Shown here: one piece after another, positions 10,818 through 20,167 of the stretch | Numbering within the stretch: the stretch's first letter is position 1 | Layout: each line of letters begins with the position of its first letter | From: a virus | Reading direction: 5' to 3' (one strand) | DNA: 64,000 nucleotides | IMG/VR virus record: IMGVR_UViG_3300021964_012561 | Span: 1 to 64,000 of that record | The notes under the pieces: generated by a model | What the model saw: only the letters and a program-made list of their open reading frames with translations | What the model was told of the DNA's origin: nothing | Database searches by the model: none | Position numbers and translations under genes: made by a program

Positions 10818-11464
10818 TTATTTTTATTCCAATCAAAGAAGAATCTCAAAGAGTTCCTAATAAAAACTTTAGAAAGATTAACGGAATAGAACTTTATAAA
10901 AATTTATTATATAAACTTACTAATCATAAAGTTTTTATAGATACTGACAGCAATAAGATTATAGATGCTGTTAAAAATGACAAAAAACTTAAAAATGTTT
11001 GTACTTACAAAAGAAAACAACATTTGCTTGGCCATGAAGTTTCTGTTTGTGACTTAATTGAAAATTTTATTATTGAAAAATCTATGCATAATAAATCAAT
11101 CTGTCAAATACATGTAACATCGCCATTTATAAAAGAAAAAACATTAACAACAGCATTTAATAAGTTTAAATCTGGATATGATTCTATTGTTTCTTGTAAC
11201 ATATATCAAAATAGACTATGGCGTAAAGAAAAATATGGATATTGCCCAGTTAATCATAACCCGATTAAACTAGAACAAACTCAAGACCTGCCTAAATTTT
11301 ATGAAGAAAATTCTTTATTTTACATGTTTCAGGCAGATAAATTTTTAAAAACAAAATCAAGGATCGGAAATAATCCGTATTTTTATGCATGCAATTTTCC
11401 AGAAAATATTGACATAGACACAGAAGACGATTGGAGTATTGCTAAAACTATCGCAGGAGAATAG
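10814..11464 (+). CDS. Acylneuraminate/ulosonate cytidylyltransferase (NeuA/KdsB family)
   Basis: IPIKEESQRVPNKN, IDTDS, HVTSPF, QTQDLP, YEENS, DIDTEDD. Confidence 0.9.
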   Translation: MIIFIPIKEESQRVPNKNFRKINGIELYKNLLYKLTNHKVFIDTDSNKIIDAVKNDKKLKNVCTYKRKQHLLGHEVSVCDLIENFIIEKSMHNKSICQIHVTSPFIKEKTLTTAFNKFKSGYDSIVSCNIYQNRLWRKEKYGYCPVNHNPIKLEQTQDLPKFYEENSLFYMFQADKFLKTKSRIGNNPYFYACNFPENIDIDTEDDWSIAKTIAGE

Positions 11465-12154
11465 ATGAAATTAATGTGGCAGCAAATCCCATCAACAGTC
11501 ATATCAGAAATTTTATGCATTAACGACACAGATGGCGTAGTAATAGATACAGAGCATGGCTGTTTTAACACGGAGACACTTTATTCTTGCATACAAGTTG
11601 TTACATTACACAAAAAAGAATGTTTCATCAGATTAACAGAAGTCAACAAGACATTAATTAGAGCCTGTTTGGATGCAGGCTGTACTGGTATTATTTTTTC
11701 AACTGTTGAAAATGTTGAAGACGCTAAAAAAATACATGAATGGTGTAAATTTCCATCCATTGGCGGTAAAAGAGGTTTAGGGTTAGTTCGAGAAAACAAG
11801 TGGGGTCTTGATAAAAATTTAATTAGTAATCCTCCAAAATTAATTGCTCAAATTGAAACAATAGAAGGCGTCGAAAACATCAAAGAAATTTCTTCTTTCC
11901 CTTTTGATTTTTACATGATAGGCCCTTATGATCTATCAGCAAGTGCTGGTGATCCTGGAAATTTTGAAAATGAAACTTTCAAGGATTCAATTAAAAAAGT
12001 GAGGAAAATAATACCAGACAATAAAATGGCAGTTCACATACCAAAAAACATTAAAAAAGAAATGAAAAATTATAAAAATTATGGTATGATTGCTTTAGGA
12101 ATGGATACAACTTTTTTAATTGAAAAGTGCAAGGAAATTGAAAAATATGCTTAA
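11465..12154 (+). CDS. HpcH/HpaI class II pyruvate aldolase
   Basis: VIDTEHG, LDAGCTG, GKRGLG, IAQIET, IGPYDLSAS. Confidence 0.9.
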   Translation: MKLMWQQIPSTVISEILCINDTDGVVIDTEHGCFNTETLYSCIQVVTLHKKECFIRLTEVNKTLIRACLDAGCTGIIFSTVENVEDAKKIHEWCKFPSIGGKRGLGLVRENKWGLDKNLISNPPKLIAQIETIEGVENIKEISSFPFDFYMIGPYDLSASAGDPGNFENETFKDSIKKVRKIIPDNKMAVHIPKNIKKEMKNYKNYGMIALGMDTTFLIEKCKEIEKYA

Positions 12155-13124
12155 TTTTGAAAATTTAGATGAAAAATTTGTTAAGGTTGTCAACTCTAAA
12201 GAATGGAAAGAGTTGCAACAAAAATTCAACAAATGTAATGACATTTATGTCCTAGGACATGGAGGTAACTTAGCTATAGCAGACCATGCTGCTGTCGACA
12301 TAACACGCCTGTCAAATGGTACAAAAAATGCCATATGTCCCGGAAGTGCTATTGTCGCTACTTCTTTGATTAATGACACAAGCTTTGATCAATGGATGGT
12401 CAATTGGTTACGTCAAAGAACTTCCACTAGAACAAAAGATCAAATGAAAAAATCGCTAGTTTTAGGAGTTTCATCATCAGGAAATTCTACTGACATTATT
12501 AAAGCTCTTCAATGGGCAAATGACAATAATATGGAAATAGCTATGATTTCATCAAAAGACATTAAAGTAAAAGTTAAAGATTTGACAAAGGTCTTACTAG
12601 GAGCAGAGTATTATCACACAGCTGAGGTACTAACTCTTTTACTTACTTATGAACTAACGCATGGTTCTGGTAATGTTTGCCCGCCTATAGGGAAAAACGA
12701 CCCTGAAGATTTAAAAAAATTAAACTGGAAAGGCAGTAAGATAAGAAAGCATAGCTACCCTGATGAACAGATTAATCTTGGAATTGATTTTGATGGCGTA
12801 ATTCATAAGTGCTCAAAAGGTTATTATGATGGTACTATCTATGATGATCCAGTAGAGGGAGCTTACGAAGCTTTGTCTAAGCTGTCAAAAAAATATACTT
12901 TGATTGTTTATACTTGCAAGGCGAAACCTGACAGAGGCCTAGTGAATGGAAAAACCGGAACAGAGCTAGTTTGGGAGTGGCTAGAAAAACATGACATGTC
13001 AAAGTTTGTTTCAAAAGTAACAGCAGAAAAACCTAGAGCAATTGCTTACATTGATGATAAAAACATAAGTTTTTCTGATTGGGACCAAACATTGTTGACT
13101 TTAACTAAAAAAGGTCAACTATAA
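12147..13124 (+). CDS. SIS (GmhA-like) sugar-phosphate isomerase fused to HAD phosphatase
   Basis: N-term LGHGGNLAIADH, GVSSSGNS (SIS). C-term IDFDGVIH ... KP ... YIDDK (HAD). ATG 12147 preferred to TTG 12120. Confidence 0.8.
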   Translation: MLNFENLDEKFVKVVNSKEWKELQQKFNKCNDIYVLGHGGNLAIADHAAVDITRLSNGTKNAICPGSAIVATSLINDTSFDQWMVNWLRQRTSTRTKDQMKKSLVLGVSSSGNSTDIIKALQWANDNNMEIAMISSKDIKVKVKDLTKVLLGAEYYHTAEVLTLLLTYELTHGSGNVCPPIGKNDPEDLKKLNWKGSKIRKHSYPDEQINLGIDFDGVIHKCSKGYYDGTIYDDPVEGAYEALSKLSKKYTLIVYTCKAKPDRGLVNGKTGTELVWEWLEKHDMSKFVSKVTAEKPRAIAYIDDKNISFSDWDQTLLTLTKKGQL

Positions 13125-14179
13125 TGAACTTAAATCCATTTAAAACTATTTACTTTGTATGGGAAAGATGGGGCGGTGGTTGTACAATGGGCTGCTATCA
13201 ACCTTTACTTTCATGTATTGACTTAAATATCAATGCGAGGTCAATCAATAGAAGACAATTACTCAATGAAATTAATAAAATTAAAGATAGCTTAATCTTT
13301 ATTTTTAAATTTAAGCCGACACAGAATGAAATCAACGTTTTGAAAAACAATAAAAATACAGTTTTAAGATACGTAGGCGATGGTTTAATTAGAAATGAAA
13401 TTAATTATCATGTTAAAATGTTAAATATTGATGGGATAATTGTAGGAAGTAGAGCATTTAAAAAAATAATTGATGCAAATCAAAAAATAAAATCAATAAC
13501 CACAGTAATACCAGCAAATCATGACTATTTTCTAGAAAATAAAATTTACCAAAAAGAAAGATCTAATACTTTTAGATTGTTTTTCGGAGGCTCTAGGGAT
13601 CCCTCAGGTATTGAAACACAAGGAGAGTTAGGTTTGAGTGGCCATGACCATCATGAAGGTTATTTTCATAGCTTGTTCCACATGTTTGAAAACATGAAAA
13701 ATCAAAGCGAAGAGAATCTTAGAAAATATTTAATTAGCGCGAAAGATTGTAATTATCTTAATCAGCTTAAAAGTTCAAACAGTAATCCTTCCAGATATTC
13801 ATGTCATTATGGTGTAAGATCACCTACTATTTTCTCTGTAGCCGGTCAAAAAATAAATTATGAGCAATGGGTTACAAAAACAGGAGGAAAAGTATCAACA
13901 GCAGCCGCATGCGGATCAAACATTATTACTTCTTTAGACCCATCTGTTAGAGAGTTAATTGATGAATCTTATCCTTATGCAATAAATACAGAAAAATCAG
14001 GCTTCATAGACAATTATAAAGAAATTTGTTCTGAAATGATCAATAAGGCAAGAATAACTTTTGGAAAAAAAGAATGGAAAGAGGGTTTAAAAATTATGAA
14101 TGATGTAAAAGAAAAAACAACAACACAAGTAATTACCAAAAGATACATTGAATTTGGGATTAATTGCTACCAGAAATAG
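13124..14179 (+). CDS. Hypothetical protein, possible divergent GT-B glycosyltransferase
   Basis: KTGGKVSTAAACGSNII resembles the GT-B C-terminal motif; context. Confidence 0.45.
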   Translation: MNLNPFKTIYFVWERWGGGCTMGCYQPLLSCIDLNINARSINRRQLLNEINKIKDSLIFIFKFKPTQNEINVLKNNKNTVLRYVGDGLIRNEINYHVKMLNIDGIIVGSRAFKKIIDANQKIKSITTVIPANHDYFLENKIYQKERSNTFRLFFGGSRDPSGIETQGELGLSGHDHHEGYFHSLFHMFENMKNQSEENLRKYLISAKDCNYLNQLKSSNSNPSRYSCHYGVRSPTIFSVAGQKINYEQWVTKTGGKVSTAAACGSNIITSLDPSVRELIDESYPYAINTEKSGFIDNYKEICSEMINKARITFGKKEWKEGLKIMNDVKEKTTTQVITKRYIEFGINCYQK

Positions 14180-14187
14180 GATAAAAT

Positions 14188-15366
14188 ATGAAAATAACTT
14201 TTCTAAACCTCGGAAAACAACCAATTGCAAATAACTTCTTACCGAAAGAATATCTGCAAAAAAAAGAATATTTTTTTGACTTAGAGGTTGTTTTTGACAC
14301 TAATAACAATCTTGTATCTTTAAAAAATTTTGTTGAACCTGAGAAAATGTTTAACGATCAGTATGTTTATCATTCATCACAATCAAGAACAATGAGAAAT
14401 CATTTTAAAAATGTTTCAAGCTTGCTAAAGAATGAATTTAATCCTGACAAGGTGGTTGAAATAGGTTCTAATGACGGTGTTTTTTCTTTTAACTTTAATC
14501 AAGAAAAAACTTTTTGTGTTGAACCTTGCGGTAATTTTGCAAAAATAACAGCAGGTAAAAATTATAAAACATACAACGAATTTTGGAATTACAAAACTTC
14601 TAATCAAATAAAAAACAATCACGGTCTTGTTGATTTAGTATACTCTGCAAATTGCATGTGTCACATACAAGATTTAGATGATGCATTTTCAAGCGTTTAT
14701 AATTTACTTAGTGATAAAGGAATATTTGTTTTTGAAGATCCCTCTCTGCTTAAAATGATTTCTAGGAATTCTTTTGATCAAATTTATGATGAACATGCTC
14801 ATATTTTCTCTGTCCTATCACTTAAAAATCTATTAGAGAAAAACAACTTAGACTTGTTTAGAGTTGAAGGTTTAAACATTCATGGCGGTTCAAATAGAAT
14901 ATTTGCTTGCAAAAAAAATACGAGAAAAATAGAAAACTCTGTAAGTTTATTTTTAAAAGAAGAAATTAATGCTGGATTAGATAAAATAGAAACATTTCAA
15001 AATTTCGCAAAACGAGTTGAAAAAAATAAAAAAGACTTAGTGAAAATTTTAAGTAATTTTAAATCACAAAATAAAAAAATTGTAAGTTATGGCGCAACTT
15101 CAAAATCAACAACAGTTTTTAACTATTGTGAAATAGATGATAAATTAATAGATTACATAACAGATACTACTATAGCAAAACAAGGAAAGTATTCACCCGG
15201 TGTACATATCCCTGTGCATAGTGATAAAATGTTTGATGAAACAGTTGATGTTGCTTTTTTAGGTGCCTGGAATTTCAAAAAAGAAATATTTGAAAAAGAA
15301 AAAGATTTTTTAGCTAGAGGCGGTGTTTTTGTAACTCATGTACCAGAAGTAAAAATTATTTCCTAG
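14188..15366 (+). CDS. NDP-hexose C-methyltransferase (TcaB9/NovU-like)
   Basis: LGKQPIANNF, VEIGSNDG, FDQIYDEH, IHGGSNR, YGATSK, AWNF. Confidence 0.9.
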   Translation: MKITFLNLGKQPIANNFLPKEYLQKKEYFFDLEVVFDTNNNLVSLKNFVEPEKMFNDQYVYHSSQSRTMRNHFKNVSSLLKNEFNPDKVVEIGSNDGVFSFNFNQEKTFCVEPCGNFAKITAGKNYKTYNEFWNYKTSNQIKNNHGLVDLVYSANCMCHIQDLDDAFSSVYNLLSDKGIFVFEDPSLLKMISRNSFDQIYDEHAHIFSVLSLKNLLEKNNLDLFRVEGLNIHGGSNRIFACKKNTRKIENSVSLFLKEEINAGLDKIETFQNFAKRVEKNKKDLVKILSNFKSQNKKIVSYGATSKSTTVFNYCEIDDKLIDYITDTTIAKQGKYSPGVHIPVHSDKMFDETVDVAFLGAWNFKKEIFEKEKDFLARGGVFVTHVPEVKIIS

Positions 15367-15376
15367 GAGTGTAAAA

Positions 15377-15775
15377 TTGAAAAATTATAAAATTAATTAC
15401 AATGAAGACGATCGAGCACAAAGATATTTTTTAGAGTTTAATGAAATGAAAGGCCAAATTAACGTATCTAGAGTAAATTCTACAAAACACGTTGTTGCTT
15501 GGCACAGACATAAAAAACAAACCGATTATTGGTTTTGTGTAAAAGGTTCTTTTAAAGTAGGCTTGCGCCACCCTGACGGCAAGGTAGAATTTAAATATCT
15601 ATCAGACAAAATTCCAAATGTATTAGAAATACCACCAGGAGTTTGGCATGGTTATAAAGCGTTACAACCGGAATCTATAATGTTGTATTATTTAAATGAA
15701 AAATATGATGTAAAAGATGAATGGAAGGCAAAGCCAGGCAGCTTTGGTGAGACATGGGAAACAGAGGACAAATAA
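15377..15775 (+). CDS. dTDP-4-keto-sugar 3,5-epimerase (RmlC-like cupin)
   Basis: DDR, AWHRHKKQTD, IPPGVWHGYKAL; TTG start with AGGAG RBS. Confidence 0.8.
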   Translation: MKNYKINYNEDDRAQRYFLEFNEMKGQINVSRVNSTKHVVAWHRHKKQTDYWFCVKGSFKVGLRHPDGKVEFKYLSDKIPNVLEIPPGVWHGYKALQPESIMLYYLNEKYDVKDEWKAKPGSFGETWETEDK

Positions 15776-16483
15776 GTGTTTTTGCAAAAAGAAAATCTAA
15801 TGATGATTCACGTTCCAAAAACAGGAGGAACAGCAGTTTCTAATGCTATTAAAATTGCTTTCGGTGATTATGGAGAACATAGACATTTGGATCTTAATTA
15901 TTACAAATCCAACATTGCTCCGGAGCTATGGTCTTCTATTTTTAAGTTTAGTTTTATTAGGTGTCCTAAAGAAAGAATGGTTTCTACTTTTAAACAATTA
16001 GTTGAAAAGAGATACAAAGAAGGTAGAGACTTTGATGAATATAAAAGCTGCAATCCGCATGATTTTAACAAATGGCTGGTTAATGTTTGGCACCCGCACG
16101 TTTCTGGGAAAGCTATCAAGTCAAAAGATAAAAAAATGATAACGTGGATGAATAAAAATGTTTTACCTACCAAGCCTAGCGGATTTAATCCTAACATATA
16201 CCATTTTTATTTAGGGGACAATATATTGTCAAATAATAGCTTAAATTTGTTAGATTTTAGATATTGTCGTCAAGAGTTTGTTTTTGCTATGGAAAAGTAT
16301 CAAGAAAAAAACAAAACTTTAATTAACTTTGATAGAATCTCTTTAATCTTAAATGAAGCAAATGAAAACAAATACGAATTTTTTTGGAATAAAAAAAGTC
16401 AAGATCTATTTAACAATTTTAACTTTTTAGATTTAAAATTTTATGAAACGTTTATTAATGAAAAAGAAAGAGAGGTAAAATGA
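15776..16483 (+). CDS. Sulfotransferase (family 2-like)
   Basis: 5'-PSB loop IHVPKTGGTAV and 3'-PB motif FIRCPKERMVS. Confidence 0.8.
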   Translation: MFLQKENLMMIHVPKTGGTAVSNAIKIAFGDYGEHRHLDLNYYKSNIAPELWSSIFKFSFIRCPKERMVSTFKQLVEKRYKEGRDFDEYKSCNPHDFNKWLVNVWHPHVSGKAIKSKDKKMITWMNKNVLPTKPSGFNPNIYHFYLGDNILSNNSLNLLDFRYCRQEFVFAMEKYQEKNKTLINFDRISLILNEANENKYEFFWNKKSQDLFNNFNFLDLKFYETFINEKEREVK

Positions 16484-16881
16484 AAGGAGTCGAAAAAATA
16501 GAAATACAAAAATTTGATGCTGAAAGAGGAATCCTCTGTCCTATTGAATTTGATTCTTTGCCAATTTCTGTTGAAAGAATTTTTTATGTTTACGGTGTAA
16601 ATAATAAAGAAATAAGAGGTAATCACTCACACTACAAGACAAATCAAATCTTAATTTGTCTGAGCGGAAAATGCCTTGTAACATGTAGAAACGGAAAAGA
16701 AGTAGAAGAGTATGTTTTGGACAGCCCAGACAATGGATTATTAATAAGAAGTATGATCTGGGATGAACAGATTTATGCTTCAAAAGACACTGTTCTTTTA
16801 GTGTTATCAGATACCAAATATGATAAAAGCGATTACATAGAATCTTGGGAAGAATACTGCAAAGCTATAAAGGCGGAATAA
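16480..16881 (+). CDS. dTDP-4-keto-6-deoxyhexose 3,4-ketoisomerase (FdtA/QdtA cupin)
   Basis: ERG, RIFYVY, RGNHSH, LDSPDNGL, VLLVLSD..YDKSDYI. Confidence 0.9.
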   Translation: MKGVEKIEIQKFDAERGILCPIEFDSLPISVERIFYVYGVNNKEIRGNHSHYKTNQILICLSGKCLVTCRNGKEVEEYVLDSPDNGLLIRSMIWDEQIYASKDTVLLVLSDTKYDKSDYIESWEEYCKAIKAE

Positions 16882-17613
16882 ATGAAAACATTAGGCTGGA
16901 AAAATGTCATCTATAAAACTACTAAAGATTTACCTGATAATGTAGGCACTTATGATAATCGTGACTGGATTGAAAAACAAATCAATAGAGTTAACAATTT
17001 TGACAAAGAAGTCAAAATAGCTTCAAAAAGAAACCAATCTTTAATAGACACTGTATCTAAAATTAAAAAAGAAAAAGTGTGTGTGGTCGATTTAGGTGGA
17101 GGCTTTGGACTGTCTTATTTGCCTTTAAAATACAAAACAAACAAAACTCTAGACTATAAAATTATTGAAGGTGAACAAGTTGCAAATTCAGCTAGCTCGT
17201 TTTTCAAAAATAATAACGAACTAAGTTTTTTTAGCAACTTTGAAGAATTTAAAAACATCGATGTTGATGTTTTTTATGTTAGAAGTACATTACAATACAT
17301 CTATGATTGGAAAAAAACTATTAGGCAAATAATAGAATTAAAACCTGATAACGTTGTATTTTCTCATTTAGCAGCTGGAGACATTAAAGAAAATTTTTTA
17401 ACAATTCAAGTTTGGGGAATTCAAGAAATACCTTACTGGGTAATTAAAGAAAAAGAAATAATGAGTAGTTTTATAGATAACGGTTATGTTTTGACAAGCA
17501 GAGATATCTCTGAAGACATTACAAAAAATGATCTATGGAAAGCATTTATCGCGCTACCAGTTGAAAAACAAATTAATGCTACAATAAGCCTATCTTTTAA
17601 AAGAGTTAATTAA
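16882..17613 (+). CDS. Class I SAM-dependent methyltransferase (glycan-associated)
   Basis: VVDLGGGFGLSY, IIE, STLQYI motifs. Confidence 0.8.
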   Translation: MKTLGWKNVIYKTTKDLPDNVGTYDNRDWIEKQINRVNNFDKEVKIASKRNQSLIDTVSKIKKEKVCVVDLGGGFGLSYLPLKYKTNKTLDYKIIEGEQVANSASSFFKNNNELSFFSNFEEFKNIDVDVFYVRSTLQYIYDWKKTIRQIIELKPDNVVFSHLAAGDIKENFLTIQVWGIQEIPYWVIKEKEIMSSFIDNGYVLTSRDISEDITKNDLWKAFIALPVEKQINATISLSFKRVN

Positions 17614-18407
17614 TGGAATCTAAAAAAAACATTGCAATTTGCGCTTATGGCGAAGTCGGTAAAGAATTATCAAAATTTATTATTAGACAAAAAAGACAAA
17701 TTGAAAACATTAAATTTGTATGCTTATTAGGTAGAGATAAAAAATGTGAAGAAATTAAAAATCTTTATGATGATGCGAATATAAAAACTTTTAAAGACAT
17801 CAATGTAAATAGCGAAGAATTTAGAAAAACTATGTTAGAAAATAAAATTGACATAGTTTTTTTACTTTGGTGGCCAACTATAGTCAAGAAAATTTCAATA
17901 GAAACAGCAAAAATTGGTTTTGTTAATTTACACCCAAGTCTTTTGCCGTTTAATCGTGGAATGCATCCTTACTATTGGTCAATTGTTGAAAATACACCTG
18001 CAGGAGTGTCAATACATTTCATAAATAAGAACATAGATGAAGGCATGCTAATATGCCAAAAAGAAATCAATAAAAACATAACAATGACAGGAGAAAAACT
18101 ATACAGTTTGGCGCAAATTGAAATTATCAAGTTGTTTAAAAAAAACTATGTAAACATAATAAAAGGAGAGTACAATACAAAAGAAATTAAAAATAGTGAA
18201 GGTACTTTTCATTATAAAAAAGAATTAAACTTGCATTCAAAAATTGATCTAGAAAAAAAGTACAAAGCAATTGATTTAATTAACATTGTAAGGGCAAGAT
18301 CTTTTAATGGTAACCCTTCAAGTTTTTTTATTCATGAAGGAAAAAAATATTACATTAATATTAAAATAACTGAAGAGAAAAAAGATGAAAATAACAAAGA
18401 AGATTAA
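17613..18407 (+). CDS. Sugar N-formyltransferase
   Basis: NLHPSLLPFNRG, GVSIH, IDEG; C-term INIVRA as in dTDP-amino-sugar formyltransferases. Confidence 0.88.
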   Translation: MESKKNIAICAYGEVGKELSKFIIRQKRQIENIKFVCLLGRDKKCEEIKNLYDDANIKTFKDINVNSEEFRKTMLENKIDIVFLLWWPTIVKKISIETAKIGFVNLHPSLLPFNRGMHPYYWSIVENTPAGVSIHFINKNIDEGMLICQKEINKNITMTGEKLYSLAQIEIIKLFKKNYVNIIKGEYNTKEIKNSEGTFHYKKELNLHSKIDLEKKYKAIDLINIVRARSFNGNPSSFFIHEGKKYYINIKITEEKKDENNKED

Positions 18408-19044
18408 TGTACCTTTTCCTGCTTTAAGTATTGATGACTTTATACCAGATGTTGATTTAGTTAAAAAAGCAGCAAAATCATTTGATCAATTCAAAGATAA
18501 AGATTGGGTAAAGTACTCTAAAGAAGGAGGACAGGTCCAGTACTGTTCAAAAATACCTAGAAAGTCAACAAAAGAATCTTTAGCTTTATTAGACTACATT
18601 TCTGACAATTTTAAACCTGAAGATTATTTTCCAAACGAAAACAAAGTCTTTCCTGACTTAAATCATTATGGAGGAGGAATGATGCTTACTCCAAACTCTA
18701 AAAGCCAAGGAGGATATTTAGGCATGCACATTGATGCTGACATTCATGGTATCAATCGCAACTGGAAAAGAGAATACAGCGCTGTGCTTTGCATTTCTGA
18801 AGATTACGATGAAAGCTTTGATCTTTTAATTCACAACGGAAAGCAACACGACAGGTTGAAATACAAATTTAATCGTCTTAATGTTTTTAAATGTACTCCA
18901 AATTCTTGGCACGGATTTCCAACAATTACTTCTGGGTTCAATAGGAAAGTTTTAGGAGTGATGTTTTGGTCTATTATGAGCGAAGAACAAATTAAAAATG
19001 CTAGAGTAAAAGCAAAATTTAACAATAATTTAAAATTTGACTGA
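18385..19044 (+). CDS. 2OG-Fe(II) oxygenase
   Basis: HxD (MHIDA), SWHG and distal R (NRK). Confidence 0.8.
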   Translation: MKITKKINVPFPALSIDDFIPDVDLVKKAAKSFDQFKDKDWVKYSKEGGQVQYCSKIPRKSTKESLALLDYISDNFKPEDYFPNENKVFPDLNHYGGGMMLTPNSKSQGGYLGMHIDADIHGINRNWKREYSAVLCISEDYDESFDLLIHNGKQHDRLKYKFNRLNVFKCTPNSWHGFPTITSGFNRKVLGVMFWSIMSEEQIKNARVKAKFNNNLKFD

Positions 19045-19051
19045 GGATAAA

Positions 19052-20167
19052 ATGAAAAAAATATACGCAGCCGGAACTCACATAACCAGTCTAGAAGAAG
19101 AATATGTACTAGATGCCCTTAGGAATGGTTGGTACGGTAGTAAGAAATATTATTACTGCGAAAAATTAGAAAGTGAGTTTTCAAGTTATCATGACAGAAA
19201 ATATGGACTTATGACAACAAATTGTACTAGCGCATTACACCTCATTCTTGCAGGATTAGGAATAGGCCCGGGAGATGAAGTTTTGGTACCTGAGTGCACT
19301 TGGATAGCATCTGCATCGCCTATTACATATCTTGGGGCAAAACCGGTTTTTTGTGACATTCAAAAAGAAACGTGGTGTTTATGCCCAAAATCAGTTGAAA
19401 AATCAATAACAAAAAAAACTAAAGCAGTAATTGCTGTTGATTTATTTGGAAACATGCCAAATATGAAAGAATTGTCTGAGATCTGCAAGAAGCACAATGT
19501 CTATCTTATTGAAGATGCCGCTGAAGCTTTAGGTTCAAGTTACTATGGAACTAAAGCTGGAAAGTTTGGAATAGCATCAACGTTTAGTTTTCACAATACA
19601 AAAACAATGAGTACAGGTGAAGGAGGTATGTTACTTCTAGATGATGAGGAACTATATAAAAGGTGTGTAAAGTTAAGAGATCATGGAAGAGGCCCGGACA
19701 CAAAACCATATTTTAATGATATAGTCGGTTATAAGTTTATGCCTTTTAATCTTCAGGCTGCGCTAGGCTTGGCGCAGTTTCACAGAGTAGATGAACTAAT
19801 AGGATTTAAAAGGCATCACTTGAATATGTACAAAGAACACCTGAAGGGTTTGTCTTTAACTTTTAATTACGAGTCTGAAGATGTGGTCAATGGCGCTTGG
19901 ATAACTGCGATGGTTATTGATAAAAAATACAAAATAACAAAACAAGAATTTATTGAAAAAATGAATAGTTTTAATATACCGGTAAGACCTTTCTTTTATC
20001 CGCTTTCTAGTATTCCTGCTTTTAATATGAAAGACACTTATCAAGAAAAAAATAAAGTAAGTTATGACGTTTCATCAAGGGGTGTTAATTTACCTGGCGC
20101 TCCAAATCTTACTGATGAGTCAATTACCTTTATTTGCAGTAAAATCAAGGAGGTGCTAAGAGCATGA
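19052..20167 (+). CDS. DegT/DnrJ/EryC1/StrS sugar aminotransferase (full length, perosamine synthase-like)
   Basis: NCTSALH, IEDAAEA, FSFHNTK (PLP Lys), TGEGG; ATG 19052 with GAGGA RBS. Confidence 0.92.
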   Translation: MKKIYAAGTHITSLEEEYVLDALRNGWYGSKKYYYCEKLESEFSSYHDRKYGLMTTNCTSALHLILAGLGIGPGDEVLVPECTWIASASPITYLGAKPVFCDIQKETWCLCPKSVEKSITKKTKAVIAVDLFGNMPNMKELSEICKKHNVYLIEDAAEALGSSYYGTKAGKFGIASTFSFHNTKTMSTGEGGMLLLDDEELYKRCVKLRDHGRGPDTKPYFNDIVGYKFMPFNLQAALGLAQFHRVDELIGFKRHHLNMYKEHLKGLSLTFNYESEDVVNGAWITAMVIDKKYKITKQEFIEKMNSFNIPVRPFFYPLSSIPAFNMKDTYQEKNKVSYDVSSRGVNLPGAPNLTDESITFICSKIKEVLRA

